A stretch of 33,474 nt of DNA from the IMG/VR virus record IMGVR_UViG_3300043447_000044, positions 1-33,474 of that record. One strand, given 5' to 3'. Position numbers and translations under genes: made by a program. Positions 24,283 to 33,474 of this stretch are shown here, piece after piece. Each line of letters starts with the position of its first letter. The first letter of the stretch is position 1. The stretch is from a virus (lineage: Duplodnaviria > Caudoviricetes). The notes beneath the pieces were generated by a model, which worked only from the letters and a program-made list of their open reading frames with translations, had not been told where the DNA came from and ran no database searches.

Positions 24283-24852
24283 TTATACTGCAATCTGATA
24301 AGCACCAGATATGTCAAAGTGTGATGTTGTAGTAGTTGCGCCAACTGGAGTAGAAGACTTCCAAGCAAGGTCTGTAGTGCTACCAGAATAGTAAAGTTTC
24401 ATTATACTCGAAGAAACATCATGCTCTACTACACCTGCAATGTGGTAAATTGAGTCACCAGCAGTTTGGTGTAGAGTGCCGCCACGAATAGTTGTAGTTG
24501 CAATGGCAGGAAATGGTAGCGTAATTTGATACTGGCTTGCTGAACCGAAGTCAGTAGTATTAGCAAAACTCACATTCATTCTAAAGTGACAGATTAGACC
24601 CTGAAGAACATATGAGCCAGTAGAAACAGTTCCAGCAAGAGTATTACCACCAACAGTTTTGAATTGTGGATTAAATGTTTCATTGACAGAAACAATACCA
24701 AATGGGATGCCACCTGGAGTTACACCATCCGATAAACGGATTGGTTCTGCGCCATTGATATCATAAAAGATTTCACCTTTAACACCGATATAAGTAGAAG
24801 CAGTTCTGCCGCCCATTTTATCTGCTAGTAGTTTGAATGTTGTATTTGACAT
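24283..24852 (-). CDS. putative virion/tail-fibre-associated protein
   Basis: GEIFYD...IRLSDGVTPGG N-terminus and beta-rich C-terminus. Confidence 0.5.
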   Translation of the reverse strand: MSNTTFKLLADKMGGRTASTYIGVKGEIFYDINGAEPIRLSDGVTPGGIPFGIVSVNETFNPQFKTVGGNTLAGTVSTGSYVLQGLICHFRMNVSFANTTDFGSASQYQITLPFPAIATTTIRGGTLHQTAGDSIYHIAGVVEHDVSSSIMKLYYSGSTTDLAWKSSTPVGATTTTSHFDISGAYQIAV

Positions 24853-24861
24853 TAGTGTTCC

Positions 24862-25413
24862 TTAGATTGGTAACCACAACCAAATAGCTTGGCTGATTAG
24901 AATAACTGCAAAGGTGCCAACACCAAGACTTGCCTTGTATAGAGAATCCTTAACAGAAAGAATAGATGCAGTCAATAAAACGATTGCGATCTGTAACAAT
25001 GATCCACCATAAGTGTACCATGGACTACGTTGTTTTGCAACAGCACGTTCTGCTTCTAATGCTCTGGCTTTAGCAAGAAGTTCTTTCTTACCTTCACCAG
25101 TGGCTGGATCAGATTCATAGCGAGCAATTTTCTTTTCAAGTGATTCAGCTTTCTTCTTATCACCACGTGCATATGCATCATCAAGAGCCATCTCAGCTAA
25201 AGTTCCTTTAATAGACTTAGCTTGAAAGAATGCGTATGTGTTGTTGGCATCAATAGTGTTATTCAAAACCTTTGAACTGTTACCACCAGCCATATATGTG
25301 TTGATTGCTAGCAATGCTGCGAATACAACGATAACCCATCCAGCCTTATCTTTGATAAGTGCTTCACGTTCACTGCGTGATAATGGTTTAACTTCTTTAA
25401 TTTCATCTGCCAT
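24862..25413 (-). CDS. DUF4337-like membrane protein
   Basis: AALLAI...YAFFQAKSIK...LLQIAIVL. Confidence 0.7.
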   Translation of the reverse strand: MADEIKEVKPLSRSEREALIKDKAGWVIVVFAALLAINTYMAGGNSSKVLNNTIDANNTYAFFQAKSIKGTLAEMALDDAYARGDKKKAESLEKKIARYESDPATGEGKKELLAKARALEAERAVAKQRSPWYTYGGSLLQIAIVLLTASILSVKDSLYKASLGVGTFAVILISQAIWLWLPI

Positions 25414-25430
25414 AATAGATCTCCTTTGGT

Positions 25431-25961
25431 TTATTTAGCCAATGGGTTATCTAGAGCCTTTTGGATCTTAACATCAACTGAACGCTCGATAGACTTTAGA
25501 GACTGATCGACTTCTTTATTGTTTCTACGGAGTTCATCACGAACTTCTTTGACTGCTTGATCGCTCTCACGCTGAGACTGTTTAGCTGAACGCTCAACAG
25601 ATTCAACTGTTCCTTCTAAACGACGGATGTCTTGCTTAAGATCGTTCTTGATATCTTGAGTATACTGAACAGATTTCTCGCTGTTCTGCATAGTGATTTC
25701 CATCTTCTTGTTTAGATCAGACAAGTCTGGAGCCACGTATTCTGCAATACGCTTCTTCATAGACTGATAGTCTTTGTAAACTTCGAATGCTCCATACAAG
25801 CCACCAAGTGTTGATGATACGAGAGTAAACGCTACCATTAGCTTAGCAGGTGTGAATTCATACCCACCAATACTGATGACTGTGTCTTTACTAGCATATT
25901 TCTTCATTGCTGCTTCTGCGTCGTCAATCTTAGCGTTGACATCTTTAATTTCTTCTGACAT
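25431..25961 (-). CDS. membrane-anchored coiled-coil protein
   Basis: hydrophobic segment followed by a heptad-rich region. Confidence 0.65.
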   Translation of the reverse strand: MSEEIKDVNAKIDDAEAAMKKYASKDTVISIGGYEFTPAKLMVAFTLVSSTLGGLYGAFEVYKDYQSMKKRIAEYVAPDLSDLNKKMEITMQNSEKSVQYTQDIKNDLKQDIRRLEGTVESVERSAKQSQRESDQAVKEVRDELRRNNKEVDQSLKSIERSVDVKIQKALDNPLAK

Positions 25962-25962
25962 T

Positions 25963-28458
25963 TTACTTTCCTCTGTTGTATTGTGAATCTACCATTTCAT
26001 TATGTTTTGCTTCGGAGCCACCAAACATTCTCTGGTTGGCACGATTGTCAATAGTTCTTTGATTATTATAAACTGTGAATGGTTTGTAGCCTACGCCATC
26101 TGGCACGACTGACTTGCCATACGAGTCAAATCCAGGTGTAAACCCCATTGCTTGAATAACAACATTCTGGATCTGTTTTTGAGCTTCCATATCAGCTACT
26201 TTACCCATCTCATTGGCAAGGTTCTTACCCTTCTCAATGGCGTCTTTCTTTGCTGCTTCTGCTCTGCGTTCTGCTAATTGTTGGCGTGCAGTTGGAGGTG
26301 CTGGTTTATCACCACCTTGTCCACCCTGTGCCATCTGAGGTTGTGGACCACCACCTTGTTTTTCTCCACCATCTGCCTTTCCTTCAGGTTTCTTTTCACC
26401 ACCTTCGTTCTTTGCTTGTTGTTGCGGTGCTGCAGGTGCAGCTGGAGCAGGTGCTGGTGCCACTAACTGAACAGGTGCAGCTGGCGCAGCTGCAGCATTA
26501 GCAGTTGGTGCTGGTGTAGAGATTGCTTTGTCAACAGTAGTATTACCAGTTGATGAAGGCGTTGAACTAACTGTCCCTGTTGTGTCTACAGTTGAAGTCG
26601 TTGTACTAACAGGTGCAGTAGAAGCAATGACGCCAGCGGTAGCAACAGTTGAAGCAAGGTTTTGCTGTTCAAGTAACATCTTCTTAGCGTAAGCAGTAGA
26701 GTAGTTAGGACATGCACGATCATACAATCCATTCAAGTTACATTGTTGAGTAAAGTATGCTGCTTGGTAACCAGCACAGTCTGACATATACAAAGGATTA
26801 ACAGTACATTGTTGATTGTGGTAGGCATCTGCATATCCTACACAGTCTGTTGCATATAATGGGTTTGCAGAACATTGTTGATTCTTATATGCCACTGCAT
26901 AACCTGGACAGTCTGTTGCATACAGAGCATTCAATGAACATTGCTGAGTTTTGTAAGCTGCAGCATAGCCAGTACATTGATTGCTATACAATGGATTAAG
27001 TGAACACTGTTGATTCAGATATGCTGTTCCATAACCCAAACAATCAGTAGCGTAAAGAGGATCAAGAGAACATTGCTGATTGTGATAAGCAGTAGCGTAA
27101 CCAGAGCAAGTTCTGCTGTAGAGAGGGTTGATTGAGCATTGTTGGTCTCGGTATGCTGTTTCATATCCAGAGCAAGTTGTAGAGTATAAAGGGTTGCTAG
27201 AACACTGGTAGTTTAAGTACGCTGCTGCGTAGCCTGGACAGCTTGTGTTGTAGAGTTGGTTTGCTGTGCACTGCTGGGTTTGATAAGCAGTAGCGTAACC
27301 AGCACACTGAGTAGAGTACAGAGGATTGCTAGCACATTGTTGGTCCAAAAATGCCTGTTGGTAACCAGAGCAGGATGTTGAAGAGAGAGGATTAGTAACG
27401 CATGGGTCTGCTGTATAAACAACAGATGCGTTGATGTTGTTAATGACTGCACCATTATTTGTAGATGGAGTCATGCTGAATGTACCCATTGTAGAAATAG
27501 GAACAGAAGCATTCAATCTTAGTTGTTTACTGAATGTGCCAACTTGACCAGCAGTATGAACATTGGTTTCTGTATAACCAGAAACTCCATAATTATTTGT
27601 TAGTTCTGTTGTCATAGAGGCACTTGGATAAACCCAAGTGCCTAGACATCCACCAAGAAAATCCATCCAGTTACAGAATCTATTACCTACACTGTAGTTA
27701 TAGCTGTAGTCAAACCCATGAACCATTACACCAGTACCAGACAATGCTTGGTTGATGGCAACTGCTTGTGGACCAGTTACACCAGACCATAAAGTCTGTG
27801 TTGACACAGTGTTATAGTTAGAACAAGTTGGTGAGTATGCTGGGTTTGTGACACAAGGATCTACGCCATATCTCAAACCAATGTTGACATTACGAACCTG
27901 TGGACCAAAGTAACCACCCCAGTAGCCAGTATCCATGCCACTGAACTTAACAGTCATATTACCAAAGTCAGATGGTGGACCAGGATTGTTGTAAGTTACA
28001 GTACCATTAAAAGTAGTCCAGTCAAACTTAGTATTGTATGTCCAGCTGTCTGTTCTACGGACAGTGGCGTTATCAGCAGCATAAGTTAGAATGGTGGCAG
28101 TTAGTGTATCAGTGCTAGGTTGTCTGTTATCACGATTCAGGTTGTTAATTTCCCAAGAGTAATTATAACCTTTAACTTGGATACCAGAACCAGCATTGGC
28201 TAATGCTTGATTGATAGCGAATGTCTGAGATGCAGTTGCTGCACCATAACTAAAGTTGATAGAGTTTGTTGCTGTGTCATACAGCGCACCTGGACCTCCA
28301 GCACAACCACCAGATCCGTTAGAACCACATCCAGTTGGCAGTGTGCCTGTGGCTACTCCCGTCCACGTAGACGTGATTAAGTTAGGTGTAGTCTGTACAG
28401 TCTGAGAGTTAACTAAACTGGAAAAACCTAACAAAAGAATTGCTAGGTATTTACGCAT
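25963..28458 (-). CDS. exported Cys-rich repeat protein (831 aa)
   Basis: signal peptide, 22-aa Cys repeats, Thr/Ala/Pro linker. Confidence 0.8.
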   Translation of the reverse strand: MRKYLAILLLGFSSLVNSQTVQTTPNLITSTWTGVATGTLPTGCGSNGSGGCAGGPGALYDTATNSINFSYGAATASQTFAINQALANAGSGIQVKGYNYSWEINNLNRDNRQPSTDTLTATILTYAADNATVRRTDSWTYNTKFDWTTFNGTVTYNNPGPPSDFGNMTVKFSGMDTGYWGGYFGPQVRNVNIGLRYGVDPCVTNPAYSPTCSNYNTVSTQTLWSGVTGPQAVAINQALSGTGVMVHGFDYSYNYSVGNRFCNWMDFLGGCLGTWVYPSASMTTELTNNYGVSGYTETNVHTAGQVGTFSKQLRLNASVPISTMGTFSMTPSTNNGAVINNINASVVYTADPCVTNPLSSTSCSGYQQAFLDQQCASNPLYSTQCAGYATAYQTQQCTANQLYNTSCPGYAAAYLNYQCSSNPLYSTTCSGYETAYRDQQCSINPLYSRTCSGYATAYHNQQCSLDPLYATDCLGYGTAYLNQQCSLNPLYSNQCTGYAAAYKTQQCSLNALYATDCPGYAVAYKNQQCSANPLYATDCVGYADAYHNQQCTVNPLYMSDCAGYQAAYFTQQCNLNGLYDRACPNYSTAYAKKMLLEQQNLASTVATAGVIASTAPVSTTTSTVDTTGTVSSTPSSTGNTTVDKAISTPAPTANAAAAPAAPVQLVAPAPAPAAPAAPQQQAKNEGGEKKPEGKADGGEKQGGGPQPQMAQGGQGGDKPAPPTARQQLAERRAEAAKKDAIEKGKNLANEMGKVADMEAQKQIQNVVIQAMGFTPGFDSYGKSVVPDGVGYKPFTVYNNQRTIDNRANQRMFGGSEAKHNEMVDSQYNRGK
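26683..27408 (-). repeat. 11 tandem 66-nt (22-aa) coding repeats
   Basis: QQCSxNPLYxxxCxGYxxAYxx. Confidence 0.9.
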
Positions 28459-28943
28459 TAGTCTTTACTCTTAACTGCCTTAGGTTTACGTTCTGGTTCA
28501 GCTTCCCAGATTGCTTTGGCAGATTCACCGATCTTGCCATCTACAGGACATGGAGTCCCAGCGTTCATCATTGCGGTGAACACACGTTCGTCTTGACACA
28601 TAATAGATACGGCAGCAACCTTCATGCCCATATCATAGATACCACGAGCGAGTTTCAATCGTTCGCAGTTCTTATCTGTCATAGTTCCACCCATCGAAAT
28701 ACCGAGGATCTGAGTCTGAACCGCAGCTGATGCGCCAACTGCACAAACATCACTATTAATTACTGTAATGGCTGGTGCAACTGCCGTTGGTGGAGGGGAT
28801 TTAACAGTAGTTGTGCTTGTACTGTTAGATGTAGAATCTGTTGTACTTCTAGAAGTCGAGTCAGTAATGATTGGGTCAATTGCCCATGCATTCAGTGATG
28901 TAGCCATAACAAAAAGGGCGCTTGTGGCGATCTTTTTGAACAT
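28458..28943 (-). CDS. exported Cys-containing hypothetical protein
   Basis: signal peptide, Ser/Thr linker, four Cys. Confidence 0.7.
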   Translation of the reverse strand: MFKKIATSALFVMATSLNAWAIDPIITDSTSRSTTDSTSNSTSTTTVKSPPPTAVAPAITVINSDVCAVGASAAVQTQILGISMGGTMTDKNCERLKLARGIYDMGMKVAAVSIMCQDERVFTAMMNAGTPCPVDGKIGESAKAIWEAEPERKPKAVKSKD

Positions 28944-28987
28944 CGTGGTATCCTTTTATTGTTATTGTTGAGAAACACAACAACTAT

Positions 28988-30112
28988 TTAGGATTTTGGT
29001 TGTTGCAGTTCTTCTACTTCTGTTTCAATAGTTTTAATGTTAACACCTGGAGCACTCTTAACTTTGTTCAAAAATGCTTGTGCTCTGGAGCCTACATTTT
29101 CTTCATTGTTTTTAGGGTAGCTTTTAGCGTATAGTTCAGATGACCACTCTTTTGGTGGTTCTTCAGCATCAAGTTCAAGTTCCTCATCGTTAGTCAGAGC
29201 GATGTGCTCTTCTGCTTCTTTAGCAGCAGCAAGAATTGATTTAGCTGGTTCTGGTAAATCTACTTTTTCTGCTGTCTCAACAGTATCTTCAAGATGAATT
29301 TCAATTGGTCCAGAAACAGGTGGATCTGGTAATAGGTAATCGTCGTCAGATTGGATTACTTTAGTATCTTTTCTCTTTAGATTCCAGTTGGCAGCAATCA
29401 ACAATAGAACTGCCAATGGATCGAATACAGCAACAATCATCATCGTGACAAAGCGGACTGCTTTCTCTAGGATATCCTCTGATGGATTATCTTCGTAGAT
29501 GACTGCTGCGATATATTTTATTGGTCCAACTTCTGCTTCGACTTTGCGGACTTCGCTGGCGATGGGCGCTCTTTCTTCGTTGAGTTTGGCGATCTTGGCT
29601 TGCGAGGTGCCGATTTCTTGGAGGATTCTGGCTCTGTCTTTGGCTTGTCCTCTACGGATGGCAATGGCTCTGTCTGCTCCACTGGCTTCGGTTGTTCTTG
29701 AGATGGTTTGATCAACTTGAGCATCGAGTTGAGTAAGTTCTTTACGGCTTGCATTTATATTCTCCTTTTCGGTCTTGATCTTTTCATCAAGTAATGCTAG
29801 TTTTGCGGCAACATCGCCTGAAGGTACAGCTTGGTCCAAATGTGCCTTCGACAAGAAGCCGAAGATACCCATCGATGTTAAAAACATCAGAATTAGTAAC
29901 GAAATAGTAAAGTAGGTTTTCATCAGCATTGGAATTTCTTTCCAATTGCGATATAACCAAGATGCGATTACAAGTTTAGCTGCGCCGAGAAGCGCACCCA
30001 TAATGGCGATAGGAATTGGGGCTGAAGCAAAGATAGCCATCAGACCGACAATGGCGTACCACTCGGCGACTGTTGACAAACCTAATGCGATAGCGAAAAG
30101 TAAATATGTCAT
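28988..30112 (-). CDS. membrane protein with coiled coil
   Basis: three N-terminal TM helices, GFLSKAH, EVGPIKYIA, FDPLAVLL. Confidence 0.75.
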   Translation of the reverse strand: MTYLLFAIALGLSTVAEWYAIVGLMAIFASAPIPIAIMGALLGAAKLVIASWLYRNWKEIPMLMKTYFTISLLILMFLTSMGIFGFLSKAHLDQAVPSGDVAAKLALLDEKIKTEKENINASRKELTQLDAQVDQTISRTTEASGADRAIAIRRGQAKDRARILQEIGTSQAKIAKLNEERAPIASEVRKVEAEVGPIKYIAAVIYEDNPSEDILEKAVRFVTMMIVAVFDPLAVLLLIAANWNLKRKDTKVIQSDDDYLLPDPPVSGPIEIHLEDTVETAEKVDLPEPAKSILAAAKEAEEHIALTNDEELELDAEEPPKEWSSELYAKSYPKNNEENVGSRAQAFLNKVKSAPGVNIKTIETEVEELQQPKS

Positions 30113-30534
30113 AATTTATTCTTGATATGAGAACCATGGACTCGGACAGAGATCTGCCCATTGTAGTAGTCGTCTGATTCTAATACTCTCCTTGAAAATT
30201 GTTCTCTTGCCTCAATGTAAGAGCACTCAGCTTTGGACTTACAAAAGAAAAGAATCTCACGAGTGAAGTTTTCCTTCCCGAGAGACTCTACATCTTTATT
30301 TAGCTCGATACTTGAACCATAGTAGTCCATCCAATCAGAGTCGATTTTCGACTTGATCTTCTTTTTCTTCTTCACCCCATTCTTCTGAGTAACCATCTTA
30401 TAGGTTGTCTTAGAAAACTTGGCTAACTTCTTACCCACGTACATACGACTGTTGGCTTTGTTCGTAATTAAATAAACAAAGCCAACGCAATCTTCTGGTA
30501 ATGATTCAACAATAATATCTTGATAAGTCCACAT
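30109..30534 (-). CDS. GIY-YIG family nuclease-like protein
   Basis: GFVYLITN...YVGKK...YYGSS...YYN. Confidence 0.8.
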   Translation of the reverse strand: MWTYQDIIVESLPEDCVGFVYLITNKANSRMYVGKKLAKFSKTTYKMVTQKNGVKKKKKIKSKIDSDWMDYYGSSIELNKDVESLGKENFTREILFFCKSKAECSYIEAREQFSRRVLESDDYYNGQISVRVHGSHIKNKL

Positions 30535-30549
30535 AATGGACTATTTATC

Positions 30550-31143
30550 TCAATACTTTGATGTGACATTCCTAATGTTATAATCTCGCTTAACTGCAAT
30601 ATTCATAGCAACTGCTGCACGTGGTACATTCGTTAAGTTATGCGTCACACCATGGCGCAGATAACCTGGATGCATTAGAAGTTTGAATTTCTCAGCTGGT
30701 GCTTGGATTGAACAAAAACCAGAAGCAATATTCCCATCAGCCATCTGTCGGTGCACCATATTGAAATTGTGCGCTGGGCGAGGATCAAAGATTTCTAATG
30801 GAGGGTGTTCTGGAATAGTATCTACATAATACACTGCAGCAATATCCACATGATAGTGAGTGTGGATAAAATTATCATGCAGTGGATGCTGAGTCGTACA
30901 CCAACCACGTTGAATTGTTGACGATATCATCGGATAGTTAAACTTGGATGTATAGTCCTTCACACACTCATGAACCCATTCAGAGAACCGACAAGGTTCA
31001 TCGAATAGATTCATTGAGTCGTGACCATTATATGTCTGGTACTTGTGTTCTACAAGAGCCTTCAATTCATTATGAATAGACATATCCTCTAGCCAATACT
31101 CAGCTATTGGAGTTGCCCATAGTTCACGGTAGTTACTCTTCAT
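30550..31143 (-). CDS. putative 2OG-Fe(II) oxygenase (TIGR02466-like)
   Basis: HTH...AVYYV...DPRP...PGYLRHGV...R...AMNI; start moved to MKSNY. Confidence 0.7.
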   Translation of the reverse strand: MKSNYRELWATPIAEYWLEDMSIHNELKALVEHKYQTYNGHDSMNLFDEPCRFSEWVHECVKDYTSKFNYPMISSTIQRGWCTTQHPLHDNFIHTHYHVDIAAVYYVDTIPEHPPLEIFDPRPAHNFNMVHRQMADGNIASGFCSIQAPAEKFKLLMHPGYLRHGVTHNLTNVPRAAVAMNIAVKRDYNIRNVTSKY

Positions 31144-31285
31144 CGTCGAAGTCTTCTTCCTCATAGATGTCTGCTGAACAAACTGGGCAGTAGACGATAT
31201 CTGATAGATTATGGTCGTCACCCTTTACGGTGATTTTACCTGTAGCTTCACAGCTATTACATTCAAAGTGTTTTGTTATTGCCAT
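31133..31285 (-). CDS. small zinc-ribbon protein
   Basis: CNSC...CPVC and acidic tail; start at MAITK. Confidence 0.7.
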   Translation of the reverse strand: MAITKHFECNSCEATGKITVKGDDHNLSDIVYCPVCSADIYEEEDFDDEE

Positions 31286-32277
31286 TACGCTGCCTTCCCC
31301 CAAACGTCGTTCCATGAGCCAGACAATGCACCTTTAGCATAGTCAGTCACTCGGTTCTCGAAGAAGTTACCATGCACTGGAGCATTGATCATTTCTTCAA
31401 CCCATGGAAGCGGATTCTTCTTTACCTTAAAGATGCCCTTCATTCCCAAAGAAATTAAACGGCGATCTGCGATATAACGAATATACTGTTTTACATCAGT
31501 TGCTGATAACTCACGCATGTCACCATTGGCATAACACAAGTCGATAAACTTATCTTCCAACTCAACCATCTTCTCAGCGATTGTATATATCTTACTCTTA
31601 AGTTCATCATTCCAGATCTCTGGGTTTTCTTTGATAAACTCTTTGAATAAACGAATCATATTCTCTGCATGCATCGTTTCATCAACGATAGACCAAGTAA
31701 CGATCTGTCCCATACCTTTCATAATACCATGGCGTGGGAAATTCAAGAGCATGATGAACGAACTAAACAACTGCATACCTTCAGTAAAAGCAGAGAACAC
31801 AGCGATGTGTTCAGCAGTAGAAGCGAGTGTGCCATTGCGACTGGAAAGGTCAGTAACATAGTCATGCTTATCCTTCATCTCTTGATATTCAAGAAACTCA
31901 TTATAAGTTGATTCAGGCATACCCAAAGTTTCGATCAAGTGAGAGTAAGCAGCGATGTGCAAACCTTCACGTGCAGCAAAACCTAAAAGCATCATACGAA
32001 CTTCTGGTTGCGGAAAGTATGGAAGATAGTTCTTCACATAACCACCAGCCACGTCAATGTCACCCTGTGTAAAGAATCGGAAGATGTTAGTCAGGAAAGT
32101 CTTTTCCTCGACAGTTAGTTTCTTCTTCCAGTCCTTGACGTCTTCCATCATTGGCACTTCAGTGTGCAACCAATGTGCTTGCTCATGCTTCAACCAAGCA
32201 TCATATGCCCATGGATAATTAAACGGCTTGAAGTGGGTGCGTTCATCCGTCAGTCTACTATTATTCTTCTTTACCAT
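31285..32277 (-). CDS. nrdB: ribonucleotide reductase class Ia beta subunit
   Basis: FFTQGD, REGLHIAAYS, EGMQLFSSF, DETMH, NFFE. Confidence 0.97.
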   Translation of the reverse strand: MVKKNNSRLTDERTHFKPFNYPWAYDAWLKHEQAHWLHTEVPMMEDVKDWKKKLTVEEKTFLTNIFRFFTQGDIDVAGGYVKNYLPYFPQPEVRMMLLGFAAREGLHIAAYSHLIETLGMPESTYNEFLEYQEMKDKHDYVTDLSSRNGTLASTAEHIAVFSAFTEGMQLFSSFIMLLNFPRHGIMKGMGQIVTWSIVDETMHAENMIRLFKEFIKENPEIWNDELKSKIYTIAEKMVELEDKFIDLCYANGDMRELSATDVKQYIRYIADRRLISLGMKGIFKVKKNPLPWVEEMINAPVHGNFFENRVTDYAKGALSGSWNDVWGKAA

Positions 32278-32467
32278 CTTCTAACTCCAACATAATACCG
32301 AGAGTGGGATCCACTCCGATAGATTTAACCTTTACTGCACCTTTGTCTGTATAAACATACACAGGAACAAGTATCTTTTCTTTTGTAGTCTCCGCAGCGT
32401 CTTGCCAGTGGAGGTATTCTTCACCCCACAACTTACGCATTTGAGAAGCTAGATCATAAGCATCCAT
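32261..32467 (-). CDS. hypothetical protein
   Basis: 68-aa ORF coupled to neighbours. Confidence 0.6.
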   Translation of the reverse strand: MDAYDLASQMRKLWGEEYLHWQDAAETTKEKILVPVYVYTDKGAVKVKSIGVDPTLGIMLELEDGKEE

Positions 32468-33006
32468 TACTTCAAGACCTTAAACTTATGTGCCAGAGAA
32501 ATACGCATTTCTTTACAATGGATAGTTGGTTCTAAACCAATGTGCTGGAATCTGGAATTGAATATAACGCAACTGTTTGGTTTTGGGTAAGCTGTGTGTA
32601 AAGTTCCATCTGGTGTTTCTACGCAAGTAAATCCACCATACTCTGGTTTCCATTCTTTATGCGCATAGTATACCATTGTGATATAGTCATAAGCTGGATC
32701 CCATTCTGGCTTCCAGTCTGAGTGTAAGTCACCACATTGTCCGTGGGCTTGACCATTTAGATACATGTGAACTGTTTCTAACTCAGAACCTAATAGAACT
32801 TGAAGTTTATTTCTAAATCCAGATTCAATAACATCACACTTACCCCACTTCTCACCCCAGAAGTCTTTCACCCAAAAGTGACGTCCTTCATCATATGTGG
32901 CATTTGAGAATTCCCAAACGTATTGGTCTTCGTATTTATGAAAAATGTTTAACTCTTCTTCAGTGAGAAGGTTATCTATCTTATATACTTGAGATGTATC
33001 TAACAT
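32467..33006 (-). CDS. 2OG-Fe(II) oxygenase
   Basis: HSD...WKPEYGG...H.G..P...RISLA; start moved to MLDTS. Confidence 0.8.
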   Translation of the reverse strand: MLDTSQVYKIDNLLTEEELNIFHKYEDQYVWEFSNATYDEGRHFWVKDFWGEKWGKCDVIESGFRNKLQVLLGSELETVHMYLNGQAHGQCGDLHSDWKPEWDPAYDYITMVYYAHKEWKPEYGGFTCVETPDGTLHTAYPKPNSCVIFNSRFQHIGLEPTIHCKEMRISLAHKFKVLK

Positions 33007-33007
33007 A

Positions 33008-33474
33008 TTAACCCTCGCATGCAATACAAACGTCGTCACCACCAGTCAAAGCATGAAGATCAATCTCTTTGATCACTTCACGTTCGATGCGCTTGGAAAC
33101 TTTATCAGCCTTAGCGATCTTATCTGAACGGCAGTAGTACATAGTCTTCAAACCTTGCTTCCATGCTTGGAAATGCACAGCGTGAATATACTTGATGTGA
33201 CTGTCTGGACGGAAAAACACATTCAGAGACTGGGCTTGATCTATAAATACCTGCCTATCTGCTGCGTGTTGGATGACCCAGCGCTGGTCGATTTCCATAG
33301 AAGTCTTGAAAACATCTTTTGTCCAGTCGTCCATCCAATCGAGGTGCTGAACTGAACCATCATTCGCAATGATGCTCGACCATACTTCATCTGCCCAACC
33401 CTCTTTATGATTGACTGCTTCTTTTTGGATGAGTTCATCTAAGTAGCGGTTCTTGTTTAGGTGAGAACCCGATA
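33008..33474 (-). CDS. nrdA: ribonucleotide reductase alpha subunit, C-terminal part (truncated by window)
   Basis: FIDQAQSLN, GLKTMYY, C-terminal CIACEG. Confidence 0.95.
   Translation of the reverse strand, partial: SGSHLNKNRYLDELIQKEAVNHKEGWADEVWSSIIANDGSVQHLDWMDDWTKDVFKTSMEIDQRWVIQHAADRQVFIDQAQSLNVFFRPDSHIKYIHAVHFQAWKQGLKTMYYCRSDKIAKADKVSKRIEREVIKEIDLHALTGGDDVCIACEG

Noticed and set aside
26683-27408. Diversity-generating retroelement or CRISPR reading of the 66-nt repeats
   Set aside because: In-frame protein repeats with general divergence; no reverse transcriptase nearby
30109-32277. Group I intron or intein in nrdB linked to the GIY-YIG gene
   Set aside because: nrdB is uninterrupted and of normal length; the GIY-YIG ORF is free-standing

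Overview
Segment of a large T4-like phage genome (nrdA/nrdB, rnh, dsbA, dCMP deaminase, GIY-YIG nuclease, TATAAATA late promoters), with essentially all genes on the minus strand. Three Bug/TctC-family binding proteins suggest a betaproteobacterial host (inference). The left third is a translation-support island: 32 tRNA genes covering all 20 amino acids (3524-10007), a Ro60/TROVE-like (DUF2828-type)+vWA gene, an RNase H-like gene, a metallophosphoesterase and several structured RNAs. The most striking unannotated items are: (1) a leaderless 41-codon ORF just upstream of the tRNA array that uses all 20 amino acids and 34 different codons and overlaps a mutually exclusive antiterminator/terminator pair, a candidate tRNA-pool-sensing attenuator; (2) six RNAs sharing a closing stem, a CAGCA motif at a fixed position and a GUUG/GUUA tail, two beside the Ro60-like gene and four in the array carrying anticodon stem-loops (Tyr-GUA, Thr-UGU, Ser-GGA, Lys-UUU), one as a circularly permuted tRNA; (3) an rrn-like boxB/boxA leader; (4) a cluster of two ferritin-like proteins, a glutamine amidotransferase, an asparagine-synthase-like enzyme and three Bug receptors; (5) an ArfA-like small ORF. 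All calls come from reading the sequence by eye and no database searches were run.
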